Shown here: one piece after another, positions 39,604 through 50,171 of the stretch | How positions within the stretch are numbered: position 1 is the first letter of the stretch | Layout: every line of letters starts with the position of its first letter | DNA from: Candidatus Eiseniibacteriota bacterium | Lineage (GTDB): Bacteria > Eisenbacteria > RBG-16-71-46 | Length of the DNA: 64,000 bases | Direction of reading: 5' to 3' | Assembly: GCA_044223005.1 (NCBI GenBank) | Contig: JBGAML010000002.1 | Location: 96,001 to 160,000 of the forward strand | The notes under the pieces: model-generated | What the model was told of the DNA's origin: nothing | The model's input: only the letters and a program-made list of their open reading frames with translations | Database searches by the model: none | Translations under genes and position numbers: made by a program

Positions 39604-41088
39604 TCAGCCCAGCAGCGTGCGCATCGCTCCATCCCAGCGCGCGAGCTCGGCGGCGCGCCAGCGCGCGTCGCGCTTCGGGCGGAACTCGCGCTCGAGCCTC
39701 CGCGCGGCGTCCAGTTCGCGGTGCGAGCGCCAGAACCCGGTCGCGAGCCCGGCCAGCAGGCCCGCGCCGAGCGCGGTGGTCTCGATCACGCGCGGCCGGC
39801 GCACGGGGACGCCGAGCAGGTCGGCCTGGTACTGCATGAGCCAGCCGTTCGCGACCGCGCCGCCGTCCACCTGCAGCGCGCGCACGCGCGAGCCGGCGTC
39901 GCGCGCCATCGCCTCGACGAGATCGCGGCTCTGGAACGCCAGCGACTCGAGCGCGGCGCGCACGAGGTGCGCGCGCGTCGTGCCGCGTGTCAGTCCGAGC
40001 AGCGCGCCGCGCACGTCGGGGCGCCAGTGCGGCGCGCCGAGCCCGGCGAACGCGGGCACGAGCACGACGCCGCCCGCGTCGGGCACCGAGCGCGCCATCG
40101 CTTCGCTCTCGGCCGCGGAGCCGAGCAGCCCGAGGCCATCGCGCAGCCACTGAATCGCGGCGCCCGCGACGAACACGCTGCCTTCGAGCGCATAAGCGGC
40201 CTCGCCGCGCGGTCCGCAGGCCACGGTGGTGAGCAACCCGGCGCGCGAGTGCACGGGGCGCGAGCCGGTGTGCAGCAGCAGGAAGCAGCCGGTGCCGTAC
40301 GTGTTCTTGCTCTGCCCGGGCTGCACGCAGCCCTGGCCGAAGAGCGCGGCCTGCTGGTCGCCCGCCACGCCCGCGACGGGCACGCCGTCGGGCACGATGC
40401 GCGCGGCGCGCGTGACGCCGTAGTCGCCCGCCGAGGGCCGCACCTGCGGCAGCACGTTCGCGGGCACGCCGAAGCGGGCGAGCAGCGCGGGATCCCAGCG
40501 CCGCGAGCGCAGCGCGAACAGCAGCGTGCGTGAGGCGTTGGTGGGATCGGTGGCGTGCACGAGCCCGCCGGTGAGCTTCCAGACGAGCCAGCTGTCCACG
40601 GTGCCGAACGCGAGCCGCCCGCGCGCAGCCAGCCGCCGCGCGCTCGCGTGGTGCGCGAGCAGCCACTCGAGCTTGGTGGCGCTGAAGTAGGGATCGCACA
40701 CGAGCCCCGTGCGCGCGCGGATCGTGCGCTCGTGGCGCTTCAGTTCCGCGCAGCGCGGTGAGGTGCGGCGATCCTGCCAGACGATCGCGCGTGCAACGGG
40801 TTCGCCGGTCGCGCGGTCCCAGAGCAGCGTGGTCTCGCGCTGGTTCGTGATCCCGATGGCGGCGATGCGCGTCCGCGGCACGCGCGCGGCGGCGAGCGCG
40901 CGCGGCACCGCGCGCAGCACGGTGTCCCAGATCTCGTCGGGATCGTGTTCGACCCAGCCGGGCTTCGGGAAATGCTGCGGCAACTCGGCGTAGCCGCGGC
41001 CGCGCACGGCGCCGCGGCGGTCGAGCAGCAGTGCGGTCGTGCCCGTGGTGCCCTGGTCGATGGCGAGAACCAGTCCGTCGCGTTCCAT
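39604..41088 (-). CDS. glpK: Glycerol kinase
   Basis: DQGTT, TNQRETT, WQDRRT, GDQQAAL, KNTYGTG and DGG. Confidence 0.96.
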   Translation of the reverse strand: MERDGLVLAIDQGTTGTTALLLDRRGAVRGRGYAELPQHFPKPGWVEHDPDEIWDTVLRAVPRALAAARVPRTRIAAIGITNQRETTLLWDRATGEPVARAIVWQDRRTSPRCAELKRHERTIRARTGLVCDPYFSATKLEWLLAHHASARRLAARGRLAFGTVDSWLVWKLTGGLVHATDPTNASRTLLFALRSRRWDPALLARFGVPANVLPQVRPSAGDYGVTRAARIVPDGVPVAGVAGDQQAALFGQGCVQPGQSKNTYGTGCFLLLHTGSRPVHSRAGLLTTVACGPRGEAAYALEGSVFVAGAAIQWLRDGLGLLGSAAESEAMARSVPDAGGVVLVPAFAGLGAPHWRPDVRGALLGLTRGTTRAHLVRAALESLAFQSRDLVEAMARDAGSRVRALQVDGGAVANGWLMQYQADLLGVPVRRPRVIETTALGAGLLAGLATGFWRSHRELDAARRLEREFRPKRDARWRAAELARWDGAMRTLLG

Positions 41089-41141
41089 CGCGATGCCTCC
41101 CGTATCGTGCCACGGCGGCCGCCTCGGGCCGCCGGGCGGGC

Positions 41142-42596
41142 TCACGCCTGCTCCAACGCCTGGGCGAGGAGCGCCTGCTCCTCGCGCACCGATGCCTCGT
41201 AGTGGTCGCGTTCCTCGCGTTCGCGCTCGGGGCTCCAGCCGAGCCGGCGGCCGAGCGCGGCGGCCACGTCCGCGGCCACGCCGAGGCCGCGGTCGTCGTC
41301 GAGCCAGCGCGTGCTGCGCCGCCGCAGCACGTCGGCGAGCGTGCGCGCGAACTCGCGCTCCGCCGCGTGCGCGCCGAGTGCGACGCCGTCGGCGTCGGCG
41401 GGCAGCGGCGGCGGCAGCGGCTCCGCCGGATCGTGCAGCGCGCCGGGCGGCAGCCCGCGCAGCCGCGCGACCTCGGCCAGCGCGTCGCGTGCCATGAGCC
41501 GGAACGTCGTGTACTTGCCGCCCGCGATCGTCACCACGGGCCCGTCCACGAACACGCGGTGCTCGCGCGAGGCGCCACCGACGTCGCGCCCCGAGCCGAG
41601 CAGCGGCCGCACGCCCGCGAAGACGGCGAGCGGTTTCGCGGCGGCCGCCGCCGGCACGATGCGCGTGACCTCGCTCGCGAGGTAGCGGATCTCGTCCAGC
41701 GCGGGCCGCGTGTCGGCCTCGGCGAGCGGCGAGCCCACCTCGACCTCCGTCGTGCCGACGATCGATCGCCCGGCGAACGGGATCACGAAGAAGACGCGCC
41801 CGTCGCGTTCCGCCCGCGCCACGACGCCGTGCCCGCGCGTGAGCGCGGGGTAGACGAGGTGCGTGCCGCGTGAAGGACGCAGGTGCGGCGTCGGGTCGGC
41901 GGAGCCGGGCCAGAGCATGCGGCCGAGTTCGCGCCGCGTGAGGTCGCTCCACGGCCCGGTGGCGTTGACCAGCGCGCGCGCCTCGAACCTCAGTTCCTCG
42001 CGGGTCTCGCGGTCGCGGGCGATCACTTCGACGCCGCCGTCGGCGGCGGGCCGGGCGGAGGTGATCTCGACGTACGTGTGGATCGCGGCGCCGTGTGCCG
42101 CCGCGTCGCGCGCGACGGCGACGGCGAGCCGGGCGTCGTCCACGACGGCGTCGGAGTAGAGCCCGGCGCCCTCGAACGCGGCCGCCGCGAGCGCGGGCTC
42201 CAGCACGGGCACTTCGCTCGTGCGCACCATGGCGTGCGGGCTCAGCGCGTCACGGCCGGCGAGCAGGTCGTAGAGCGCCAACCCCGCGCGGAGCTTCCAC
42301 GCCGGCGTGCCCTGGCCGCGGCGGACGGGAACCACGAAGCGCGCGGGGCGGGCGAGGCCCGGCGCCATGCGCGAAACGGCGGCGCGCTCGTGCAGCGCCT
42401 GGCGCACCAGCGCGAACTGCCCGTGCTCGAGGTAGCGCAGGCCGCCGTGCAGCATGTGGCTGCTCGCGCCGCTCGCGCCCGAGGCGATGTCGCCGCGTTC
42501 GAGCACGGCGACGCGCCAGCCGTTGCGCGCCGCGAGGCGCGCCGTCCCGAGCCCGACGATGCCGCCGCCGAGGACGAGGACGTCGAGTGCGCTCAC
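41142..42596 (-). CDS. glpD: FAD-dependent glycerol-3-phosphate dehydrogenase
   Basis: [30 protein letters not shown] and GGKYTTFR. Confidence 0.9.
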   Translation of the reverse strand: MSALDVLVLGGGIVGLGTARLAARNGWRVAVLERGDIASGASGASSHMLHGGLRYLEHGQFALVRQALHERAAVSRMAPGLARPARFVVPVRRGQGTPAWKLRAGLALYDLLAGRDALSPHAMVRTSEVPVLEPALAAAAFEGAGLYSDAVVDDARLAVAVARDAAAHGAAIHTYVEITSARPAADGGVEVIARDRETREELRFEARALVNATGPWSDLTRRELGRMLWPGSADPTPHLRPSRGTHLVYPALTRGHGVVARAERDGRVFFVIPFAGRSIVGTTEVEVGSPLAEADTRPALDEIRYLASEVTRIVPAAAAAKPLAVFAGVRPLLGSGRDVGGASREHRVFVDGPVVTIAGGKYTTFRLMARDALAEVARLRGLPPGALHDPAEPLPPPLPADADGVALGAHAAEREFARTLADVLRRRSTRWLDDDRGLGVAADVAAALGRRLGWSPEREREERDHYEASVREEQALLAQALEQA

Positions 42597-43288
42597 GCGG
42601 GCTCGTCGGCTCCGAGCGCGTCGTCCAGCGCCCGCTGCAGGTCGCCGAACTTCCCGCGGTAGTCCACCTCGGCACGCGCGATCACCTCGCGCGCGGTCTC
42701 GGCGCCGTAGACGCCTGCCAGCTGCACGCGCGCGCCGGGGGTCCCGGGCATGTCCTTGTAGGTGAGGAAGTAGTGCTGGATACGGTCGATCAGCACCGGT
42801 GGGCAGTGCTCGAGTTCGCTCCAGCCCTCGTAGGTGGGGTCGCTCTCCAGCACGGCGATGATCTTGTCGTCCACTTCGTCGCCGTCGAACATGCGCAGCC
42901 CGCCGATCGGGCGCGCGCGCACCACGACGCCGCCGTGGTTGATCGCGCGCTCGGTCAGCACGCAGATGTCGAGCGGATCCTGGTCGCCGCGCAAGCCCGC
43001 GCGGCCCGTGGCCTTGGCCGCGAGCGCGGCCACCGAATCGCCGCAGAGCGTGCGCGGAATGAACCCGTAGGGTTCGGGCGAGAGGCTGGAGTAGCGCTGC
43101 GGCCGGTCGAGCTTGAGGATGCCGCTGCGTTTGTCGATCTCGTATTTCACCGTGTCCGCGGGAACGAGTTCGATGTAGACGGTCACGACGCCGGGAGCCT
43201 GCGCGCCGATCGAGAGTCCGTGCCAGGGATGCGACTGGTAGAGCAGGCCCAGGAGTCGCGTGACGTCGTCGGGCCGGGAGTCGTTCAC
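42593..43288 (-). CDS. ppa: Family I inorganic pyrophosphatase
   Basis: HPWHG, KYEIDK, YGFIPRT, GDQDPLD and DDKIIAV. Confidence 0.92.
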   Translation of the reverse strand: MNDSRPDDVTRLLGLLYQSHPWHGLSIGAQAPGVVTVYIELVPADTVKYEIDKRSGILKLDRPQRYSSLSPEPYGFIPRTLCGDSVAALAAKATGRAGLRGDQDPLDICVLTERAINHGGVVVRARPIGGLRMFDGDEVDDKIIAVLESDPTYEGWSELEHCPPVLIDRIQHYFLTYKDMPGTPGARVQLAGVYGAETAREVIARAEVDYRGKFGDLQRALDDALGADEPA

Positions 43289-44193
43289 TTCGTGCCGCCT
43301 CCATCGTTGGTCGCGGGACCGGGCGTGATCGTCTGCACGCGTTCGAAATAGTTGAGCGGCTTCTCGACGGCCGAATAGCGCGTGACGCCCGTCACCTGCC
43401 CGCGCTTGATGGCCTCGGCGACGGGCCTGGGCCCGTACTTGCGCACGAACTCGAGCAGGCCCTTGACGTCGCCGAAGTCGACCAGGCGGTCGGCCATCCA
43501 CTGCGACAGCACGAGCGTCTTGCGGCTGGGATCGAGCGTGACGAAACGGGGCAGGGCGAGCGCGTTGCGCGTCGCCGCGTCGAGCTGGATCTCGAGCGAC
43601 TCCGGCTTGAACGCACGCGCGAGCAGCGGCGGACCACCGATGCGCGCGGGGCAGATCGCGAACTGCAGCCGCGGATCGCCGCCGACCTGCCGGCGCACGT
43701 GCGAGAACGCCGTGTCGCCGTAGAAGAAGATGCGCTCGAACTCGTCCAGCGAATACGACTGGCCGTCGATGTCCAGCACCCGCGTGCCGAAGAACAGGCC
43801 GCGCCGCGCGTCGATCTGGTCCACGGTCTTGTAGCGCTGGAAGTCGTGCTTCGGCACCAGCAGGCCGCGGGTAACCCGCTCGAGTACCGAGAAGTTGTAG
43901 AGGTTCAACGCCCAGGCGAGCCGTTCCTTCGGCATCATGCGCGACGGCTGCGCCGCGAACATCATCGCGTGGATGCGGTCGAGGCGGTCCGAGGTCTTCT
44001 TGGTCCAGATCTTCTCGTCCACGTACAGCTGGCCGTAGTCGAACTTCGAGTCGTACGGCTGGCCCTTGGCCTGGATCGGCCGAACGTAGAGGTCCAGCAG
44101 CTCCTGGTAGTCCTGCAGGCCGGGCAGGGGCTCGGCGAGAGCGTTCGTGGTGACGAGGGCGAGAAGCGCGACGACGAGGGCGTTGCGGAACAT
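43285..44193 (-). CDS. DUF547 family exported protein
   Basis: Signal peptide, LAWALNLYN, YSLDEFE and DPRLQFA. Confidence 0.75.
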   Translation of the reverse strand: MFRNALVVALLALVTTNALAEPLPGLQDYQELLDLYVRPIQAKGQPYDSKFDYGQLYVDEKIWTKKTSDRLDRIHAMMFAAQPSRMMPKERLAWALNLYNFSVLERVTRGLLVPKHDFQRYKTVDQIDARRGLFFGTRVLDIDGQSYSLDEFERIFFYGDTAFSHVRRQVGGDPRLQFAICPARIGGPPLLARAFKPESLEIQLDAATRNALALPRFVTLDPSRKTLVLSQWMADRLVDFGDVKGLLEFVRKYGPRPVAEAIKRGQVTGVTRYSAVEKPLNYFERVQTITPGPATNDGGGTK

Positions 44194-44408
44194 GCGCGGA
44201 CGTCTCCGTGCGTTTCGAATCGGGGTGTGGAGGCGAGCGGCGAGCGGCGATCCCTGATCCTATCGCGACCGATTCACGCACCGCCAGCCGAACGTGCCGG
44301 ACCGGACATCGCCGGGACACGGCGCGTCTTCGATCGCGCGGAACGCCGCTCTCCCGGCGGGTCCTGTAAGGGCTTGGTCAGGTCCGGTGTTCCGATTAGG
44401 CTTCGCCC

Positions 44409-44894
44409 ATGTCCAGTCCCCCGATTCGGACGCCCGCACTCGTGCGTGGCCTGTCGCTGGTGGTCGTCGTCGCGGCGATCGCCGTCTACCTGTGGCCGTT
44501 CGGCCGCTCGCACGCGCCGGCACCGGCGCCGCACGCCGCCACCGCGCCCGCCGCGTCGACGCCCGTCGCGTCCGCGCCGGTTCCGGAGACTGCCGGGTGG
44601 GGCGAAGCGGTCGGCTTCCGATCGCCGGCGAAGCTCGAGGAGCACTTCCGCAAGCACGGTGCCGAGTTCCGCGTCGCGTCGGCGGAGGAATACCTGCGGC
44701 TCGCCCAGTCGCTGCGGGACGCGCCGGTGGGCGGCGAGATCCTCGAGCTCGTGCGCGACGACGGGACACGCAGCCGCTTCGATCGCGCGACGGGGGCGTT
44801 CGTCGCCTTCGACGCCGACGGGACGATCCGCACGTTCTTCCGCCCGAACGACGGCCTGCGCTACTTCGAGCGACAGGCCGACCGCCCGCACTGA
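44409..44894 (+). CDS. Membrane-anchored protein with an HFxKHG RNase-toxin-like domain
   Basis: N-terminal TM, Pro/Ala linker, then LEEHFRKHGAEF...EEYL..A...GTIRTFFRP. Confidence 0.65.
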   Translation: MSSPPIRTPALVRGLSLVVVVAAIAVYLWPFGRSHAPAPAPHAATAPAASTPVASAPVPETAGWGEAVGFRSPAKLEEHFRKHGAEFRVASAEEYLRLAQSLRDAPVGGEILELVRDDGTRSRFDRATGAFVAFDADGTIRTFFRPNDGLRYFERQADRPH

Positions 44895-44895
44895 C

Positions 44896-45294
44896 ATGGC
44901 CACCGCCGACGAGGTGAGCCGCTTCCTGCGCGACCGCGGGATCGCCGACGAAGTCGTGGCCGAAGGCGTGGAGGGCCTCGTCGCGCGCTGGGAACAGGCC
45001 GCGCGCGAAGCCGAGCGGGAGCGCTATCCGTTCGGTGTGGAGGACTGGCTCAACGACCTCGACGGCCGCCAGCTGCTGCACGAACTCGCGCGCGCCGTGA
45101 AGGGGGCGCTCTCGGGCCCGATGGCGGCACGCCTCGACGAAGCCGACCAGCGCGTTCGCGCCGCCACGGAGATCGCGGGCGAGTGCCTCTGGGGGGACGG
45201 GCTCGCGAAGCGCATGCAATGGAAGCCCGGCGTGGAGTGGTGGTACTGGCGCACGCCGCGCGTCGTGGACGAGGACTTCGCCGGCGGCGATTGA
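44896..45294 (+). CDS. Hypothetical acidic protein, candidate immunity protein
   Basis: ATG 1 nt after the upstream stop; WLNDLDGR...DEADQR...WWYWRTP. Confidence 0.65.
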   Translation: MATADEVSRFLRDRGIADEVVAEGVEGLVARWEQAAREAERERYPFGVEDWLNDLDGRQLLHELARAVKGALSGPMAARLDEADQRVRAATEIAGECLWGDGLAKRMQWKPGVEWWYWRTPRVVDEDFAGGD

Positions 45295-45317
45295 CGCCGC
45301 CCGCACGGGGAGACGTC

Positions 45318-46328
45318 ATGCAGTATCGCCATCTCGGGGCCTCGGGGCTCCTGGTCTCGGAGATCTCGCTCGGGTCGTGGACCACGTACGGCGGCTCGGT
45401 CGGCGTCGACGACGCGACCCGCATCGTCCGGCGCGCGTTCGAGGCTGGCGTGAACCTGTTCGACACCGCCGACGTGTACGTGAAGGGCGAGGCCGAGCGC
45501 GCGCTGGCGGTGGCGCTCCGCGGCCTGCCGCGCGAGCAGCTCGTGATCGCGACCAAGTGCATGGGGCGCGTTTGGGACGGGCCGCTGGGCCGGGGGCTCT
45601 CGCGCAAGCACATCTTCGACGCGTGCGACCAGAGCCTGCGGCGCCTGGGGCTGGACTACATCGACCTCTACCAGTTCCACGCGCCCGACGCGCAGGCGCC
45701 GATCGAGGAATCGCTGCGCGCGTTCGAGGACCTCGTGCGCATGGGCAAGGTCCGGTACGTGGGCTTCTCCAACTTCGATCACGATCCGAAGCTCGCGGCG
45801 CAGGTGGCGGCGATCCAGAAGCGCGAACGCTGGACGCGCATGATCTCGTCGCAGCCGCGCTGGAACCTGCTCGACCGCCACGTCGAGCGGGAGCACGTGG
45901 CGTACTGCCGCCGCAACGGCGTCGGGATGATCGTGTACTCGCCGCTCGCACAGGGCGTGCTGACCAACAAGTACGCCGGCGGCGCCCGTCCGGACGGCAG
46001 CCGTGCGACGGGCGCGTTCGCGCACTTCCTCGAATCCGAGAAGGCGCTGACGCCGGAGAACGTCGCGGCCGCCGAACGCTTCGGCGCGTGGTGCGCGGCG
46101 CGGAACCTGGAGCCGGCGGCGGTGGCGATCGCGTGGGTGCTCACGCACGACCTGGTCTCGAGCGCCATTGTCGGCGCCTCGACCGTGGCCCAGTTCGAGC
46201 AGAACCTGGGCGCGCTCGACGTCGAACTCTCGCCGGCCGAGTGGCGCGAGGCCGAGCGCGTGGTCGCGGGCGGGCGCGCCCGCGCGACGGCAAAGCGGAC
46301 GCGCGCGACGGCACGCCGCCGGAAGTAG
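45318..46328 (+). CDS. Aldo/keto reductase
   Basis: SLGSW, FDTADVY, IATK, YIDLYQFH, GFSN and YSPLAQG. Confidence 0.93.
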   Translation: MQYRHLGASGLLVSEISLGSWTTYGGSVGVDDATRIVRRAFEAGVNLFDTADVYVKGEAERALAVALRGLPREQLVIATKCMGRVWDGPLGRGLSRKHIFDACDQSLRRLGLDYIDLYQFHAPDAQAPIEESLRAFEDLVRMGKVRYVGFSNFDHDPKLAAQVAAIQKRERWTRMISSQPRWNLLDRHVEREHVAYCRRNGVGMIVYSPLAQGVLTNKYAGGARPDGSRATGAFAHFLESEKALTPENVAAAERFGAWCAARNLEPAAVAIAWVLTHDLVSSAIVGASTVAQFEQNLGALDVELSPAEWREAERVVAGGRARATAKRTRATARRRK

Positions 46329-46346
46329 CGGCCGGGCGCGCGGCGC

Positions 46347-47198
46347 TCAGGCGGCCGCGCGTACCTCGCCGGCTTCGAAGAGCGGCTCGACGTGCAGCAC
46401 GAGCACGAGGTCGGAGGGATTCTCCGAGCGCCGCGCGATCGCCGCGAGTGACTCGCGTGCCGTGGCGTCGAACGTGTCCGGCACCGCGGAGAGGTCGCCG
46501 TCCTTCAGGATCTCGACGGCTTCGGCGCCGTCGACGACCACGGCGACACGGCGCGCGCCGGATTCGAGCACGACGGCCAGCTCGCGCGTCCCGGTCTTCA
46601 CGCCGGCGACCGCCTGGGCGAAGAGGGCGACCAGCCGCTCGAGCGTGGTGGAGCGGGTCGCCTCGATCGCCGCGAGGGCCCCGGCCGCGTCGCCGCGCGT
46701 CGCGCGAGCCAGTACCTCGTCGGCGAGCGCGTGGATGGCGCGGTGCGGCGCGTCGAACGCGTCCCAGACCATCTGGAGGGCCAGGTTGTCGGGCCGGTAG
46801 CTGGCGTACCACCTGCCGAACGCGCACATGCGGGGATCGCGCGCGAGCTCGAACTCGCGGTTCTCGCGCACACATGCCTCGAGTTCGCCGATCCAGCGCA
46901 GGTGGTCGGCCTTGCGCGCCTCGAGCAGGTTCACGAGTTCGCGGGTCTCGTCCGCATTCGGTGGCAGGCCGAGCCGCACACGCAGGTCCACGACGGGCAT
47001 CACTTCGCCACGGATGTTCGCCACGCCACGCACCTGCGCGGGCGCTCCGGGAATCCGCGAGGTGCGCGGTGCCATGAGGATCTCGCGAACGGTGTCGGTG
47101 GGCACCGCGACGAGCTGTTTCTGGACGCACAGGAGGAGATGGAGCCGGCCGCTGGAGTTCGCCGCATCGCTGCGCGCATCGTTGACCGTGTCGTGCAC
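46347..47198 (-). CDS. cheW: CheW-like protein with an inserted CZB zinc-binding domain
   Basis: CheW N-half (VREI...RGVANIRGEVMPVVDL), CZB (HLRW, CAFGRWY, HRAIH), CheW C-half (AVVVD...LVLHVEPL). AAGGAG RBS. Confidence 0.85.
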   Translation of the reverse strand: MHDTVNDARSDAANSSGRLHLLLCVQKQLVAVPTDTVREILMAPRTSRIPGAPAQVRGVANIRGEVMPVVDLRVRLGLPPNADETRELVNLLEARKADHLRWIGELEACVRENREFELARDPRMCAFGRWYASYRPDNLALQMVWDAFDAPHRAIHALADEVLARATRGDAAGALAAIEATRSTTLERLVALFAQAVAGVKTGTRELAVVLESGARRVAVVVDGAEAVEILKDGDLSAVPDTFDATARESLAAIARRSENPSDLVLVLHVEPLFEAGEVRAAA

Positions 47199-47275
47199 GA
47201 TCGTCTCCTTGAAGGGGGACAGGCCCGGGAGTCGAGTCGCTGCCGCGGGGGCTCACGGCGGGTGCGTCCTCGCTA

Positions 47276-47302
47276 GTCTCGGCGCGGCTGCTGAGAGCTT
47301 GA
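47276..47302 (-). promoter_or_regulatory. Putative sigma-28 (FliA/WhiG)-type promoter TCAAG-N14-GCCGAGA
   Basis: The minus strand reads tcaag ctctcagcagccgc gccgagac, about 80 nt upstream of the cheW start. Confidence 0.5.
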
Positions 47303-47752
47303 TCTCGGCAAGGCGCGAGCGGCGCGAGTGACGTGTCGGCGGGGATTTGCGGGCTCGGTGCCCGCGTTCCCGGCGGCGCCGCGTTCGCGGGCGCGCGACG
47401 ATGGCCCTCGGCGCGTTTCGGCGAGCCGGATGCCCGTGCGCGCCGCTCGTCTTCGCACGCGGCGCGTGCGTTCCGTATTCGCGCGCAATCGGCCGAACAT
47501 CCGGAGCGCGCGGTGCCGAGTGCCAGCGAGGTGGCGCCCGCCGAGGCGCCAACGTTGCTGTCACCACCCGCACCACTCGCACCGCCCGCGTCGCACCACT
47601 TTCGCCCGGCCGCCAAGAGCTGCGTGGCACGCTCGACGCCGATGCGCACGCCGACCTGCGCGCCGTGCTGCGAGCGTCCGCGCCTTTCCCGCCGCCGTGC
47701 GGCACGCGCGCGGGCCGCCGTCCGCGCAGACGTCCCGGCCGCACACCCCGCG

Positions 47753-49042
<1,290 letters not shown>

Positions 49043-49123
49043 GGGCGCGCACGGTAGCAGACGCCGCGGCGGGGTGCGGCGCGCGGGCCGCACCCCGCCG
49101 CGTAGGTCCGCCGGGCCCACGGT

Positions 49124-49158
49124 CCGACCGCTCGTCCCGGCGGCCGACCGCTCGTCCC
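49124..49158 (+). promoter_or_regulatory. Direct repeat CCGACCGCTCGTCCC x2, putative LytTR/AlgR-type operator
   Basis: Perfect 15-nt repeat at 49124-49138 and 49144-49158, upstream of an operon containing a LytTR regulator. Confidence 0.65.
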
Positions 49159-49226
49159 AGTTCGCTGTCGGCTCCGTGGCCGCTGCGGTTTCCTCCCGGT
49201 GTCCCGAACTCCCGGAGGAACCACAC

Positions 49227-50171
49227 ATGCGCACCTGTACTCGTCCCGCGCTCGCCGTGATCGTGGCGATCGTCGTCGCGATCACCAGCGGCTCCGCCGC
49301 AAAACCCGCTTCCGAGCCCGCCGGCTCCGCCGCGAACCGGACCGACAACGCGGTCCTCCACGTCGAGCGCAGCGGTCACGGCCGGCCCATGATCCTGATC
49401 CCCGGGCTCACGTGTTCGGGCGGCGTGTGGGCGGACGCCGCGAAGCACTTCGCCGACCGCTTCGAGTGCCACGTGGTGACGCTCGGCGGTTTCGGCGGCC
49501 AGCCGCGCTACGACGGACCGTTCCTGCAGACCGCCCGCGATTCGCTGCTCGCGTACGTGCGCGCTCGCCGGCTCGAGGGCGCCGTGGTCGTCGGGCATTC
49601 GCTGGGCGGCGTGCTCGCGCTGCAGATGGGCATCGAACGCCCCGACGACTTCGCCGGGCTCGTGATCGTGGACGCGCTGCCGTTCCTGGGCGGCGCCGGT
49701 GACTCCAACGCGACGGAAGCGTCGGCGAAGGCCGCCATGGAGCCCATGCGCGTGATGATCCGGTCGCAGACGAAGGAGCAGTTCCAGGCGTTCGAGCGCA
49801 TGTCGCCGTACGTGGACGGACTCGTCAGCGGCGCTGCGGACCGTGCGCGCGTACGCCAGATGGGCGTCGATTCGGACCCGGCCTCGACCGCCGACGCCAT
49901 GGCCGAGACCAACAGCACCGACCTGCGTTCACGGATGGGCGACATCCGCGCGCCGCTGCTGGTATTGGGCTCGTGGTACGGTCTGCGCGAGTACACCACG
50001 CGCGAGCGCGTGGACAGCCTCTATCGCGCCCAGTACGCGGGTGCGAAGTCGTTCCGGTTCGCGCTGGCCGATACGGCCCGGCACTTCATCATGCTCGACG
50101 CTCCGGAGTGGACGTGGTCCCAGATGGACGCCTTCCTGGCGGGCCTGCCGAAGCCGCACGGCCGCCGCTGA
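49227..50171 (+). CDS. Exported alpha/beta hydrolase
   Basis: Signal peptide, LIPGL, GHSLGG and RHFIMLD. GGAGG RBS. Confidence 0.88.
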   Translation: MRTCTRPALAVIVAIVVAITSGSAAKPASEPAGSAANRTDNAVLHVERSGHGRPMILIPGLTCSGGVWADAAKHFADRFECHVVTLGGFGGQPRYDGPFLQTARDSLLAYVRARRLEGAVVVGHSLGGVLALQMGIERPDDFAGLVIVDALPFLGGAGDSNATEASAKAAMEPMRVMIRSQTKEQFQAFERMSPYVDGLVSGAADRARVRQMGVDSDPASTADAMAETNSTDLRSRMGDIRAPLLVLGSWYGLREYTTRERVDSLYRAQYAGAKSFRFALADTARHFIMLDAPEWTWSQMDAFLAGLPKPHGRR

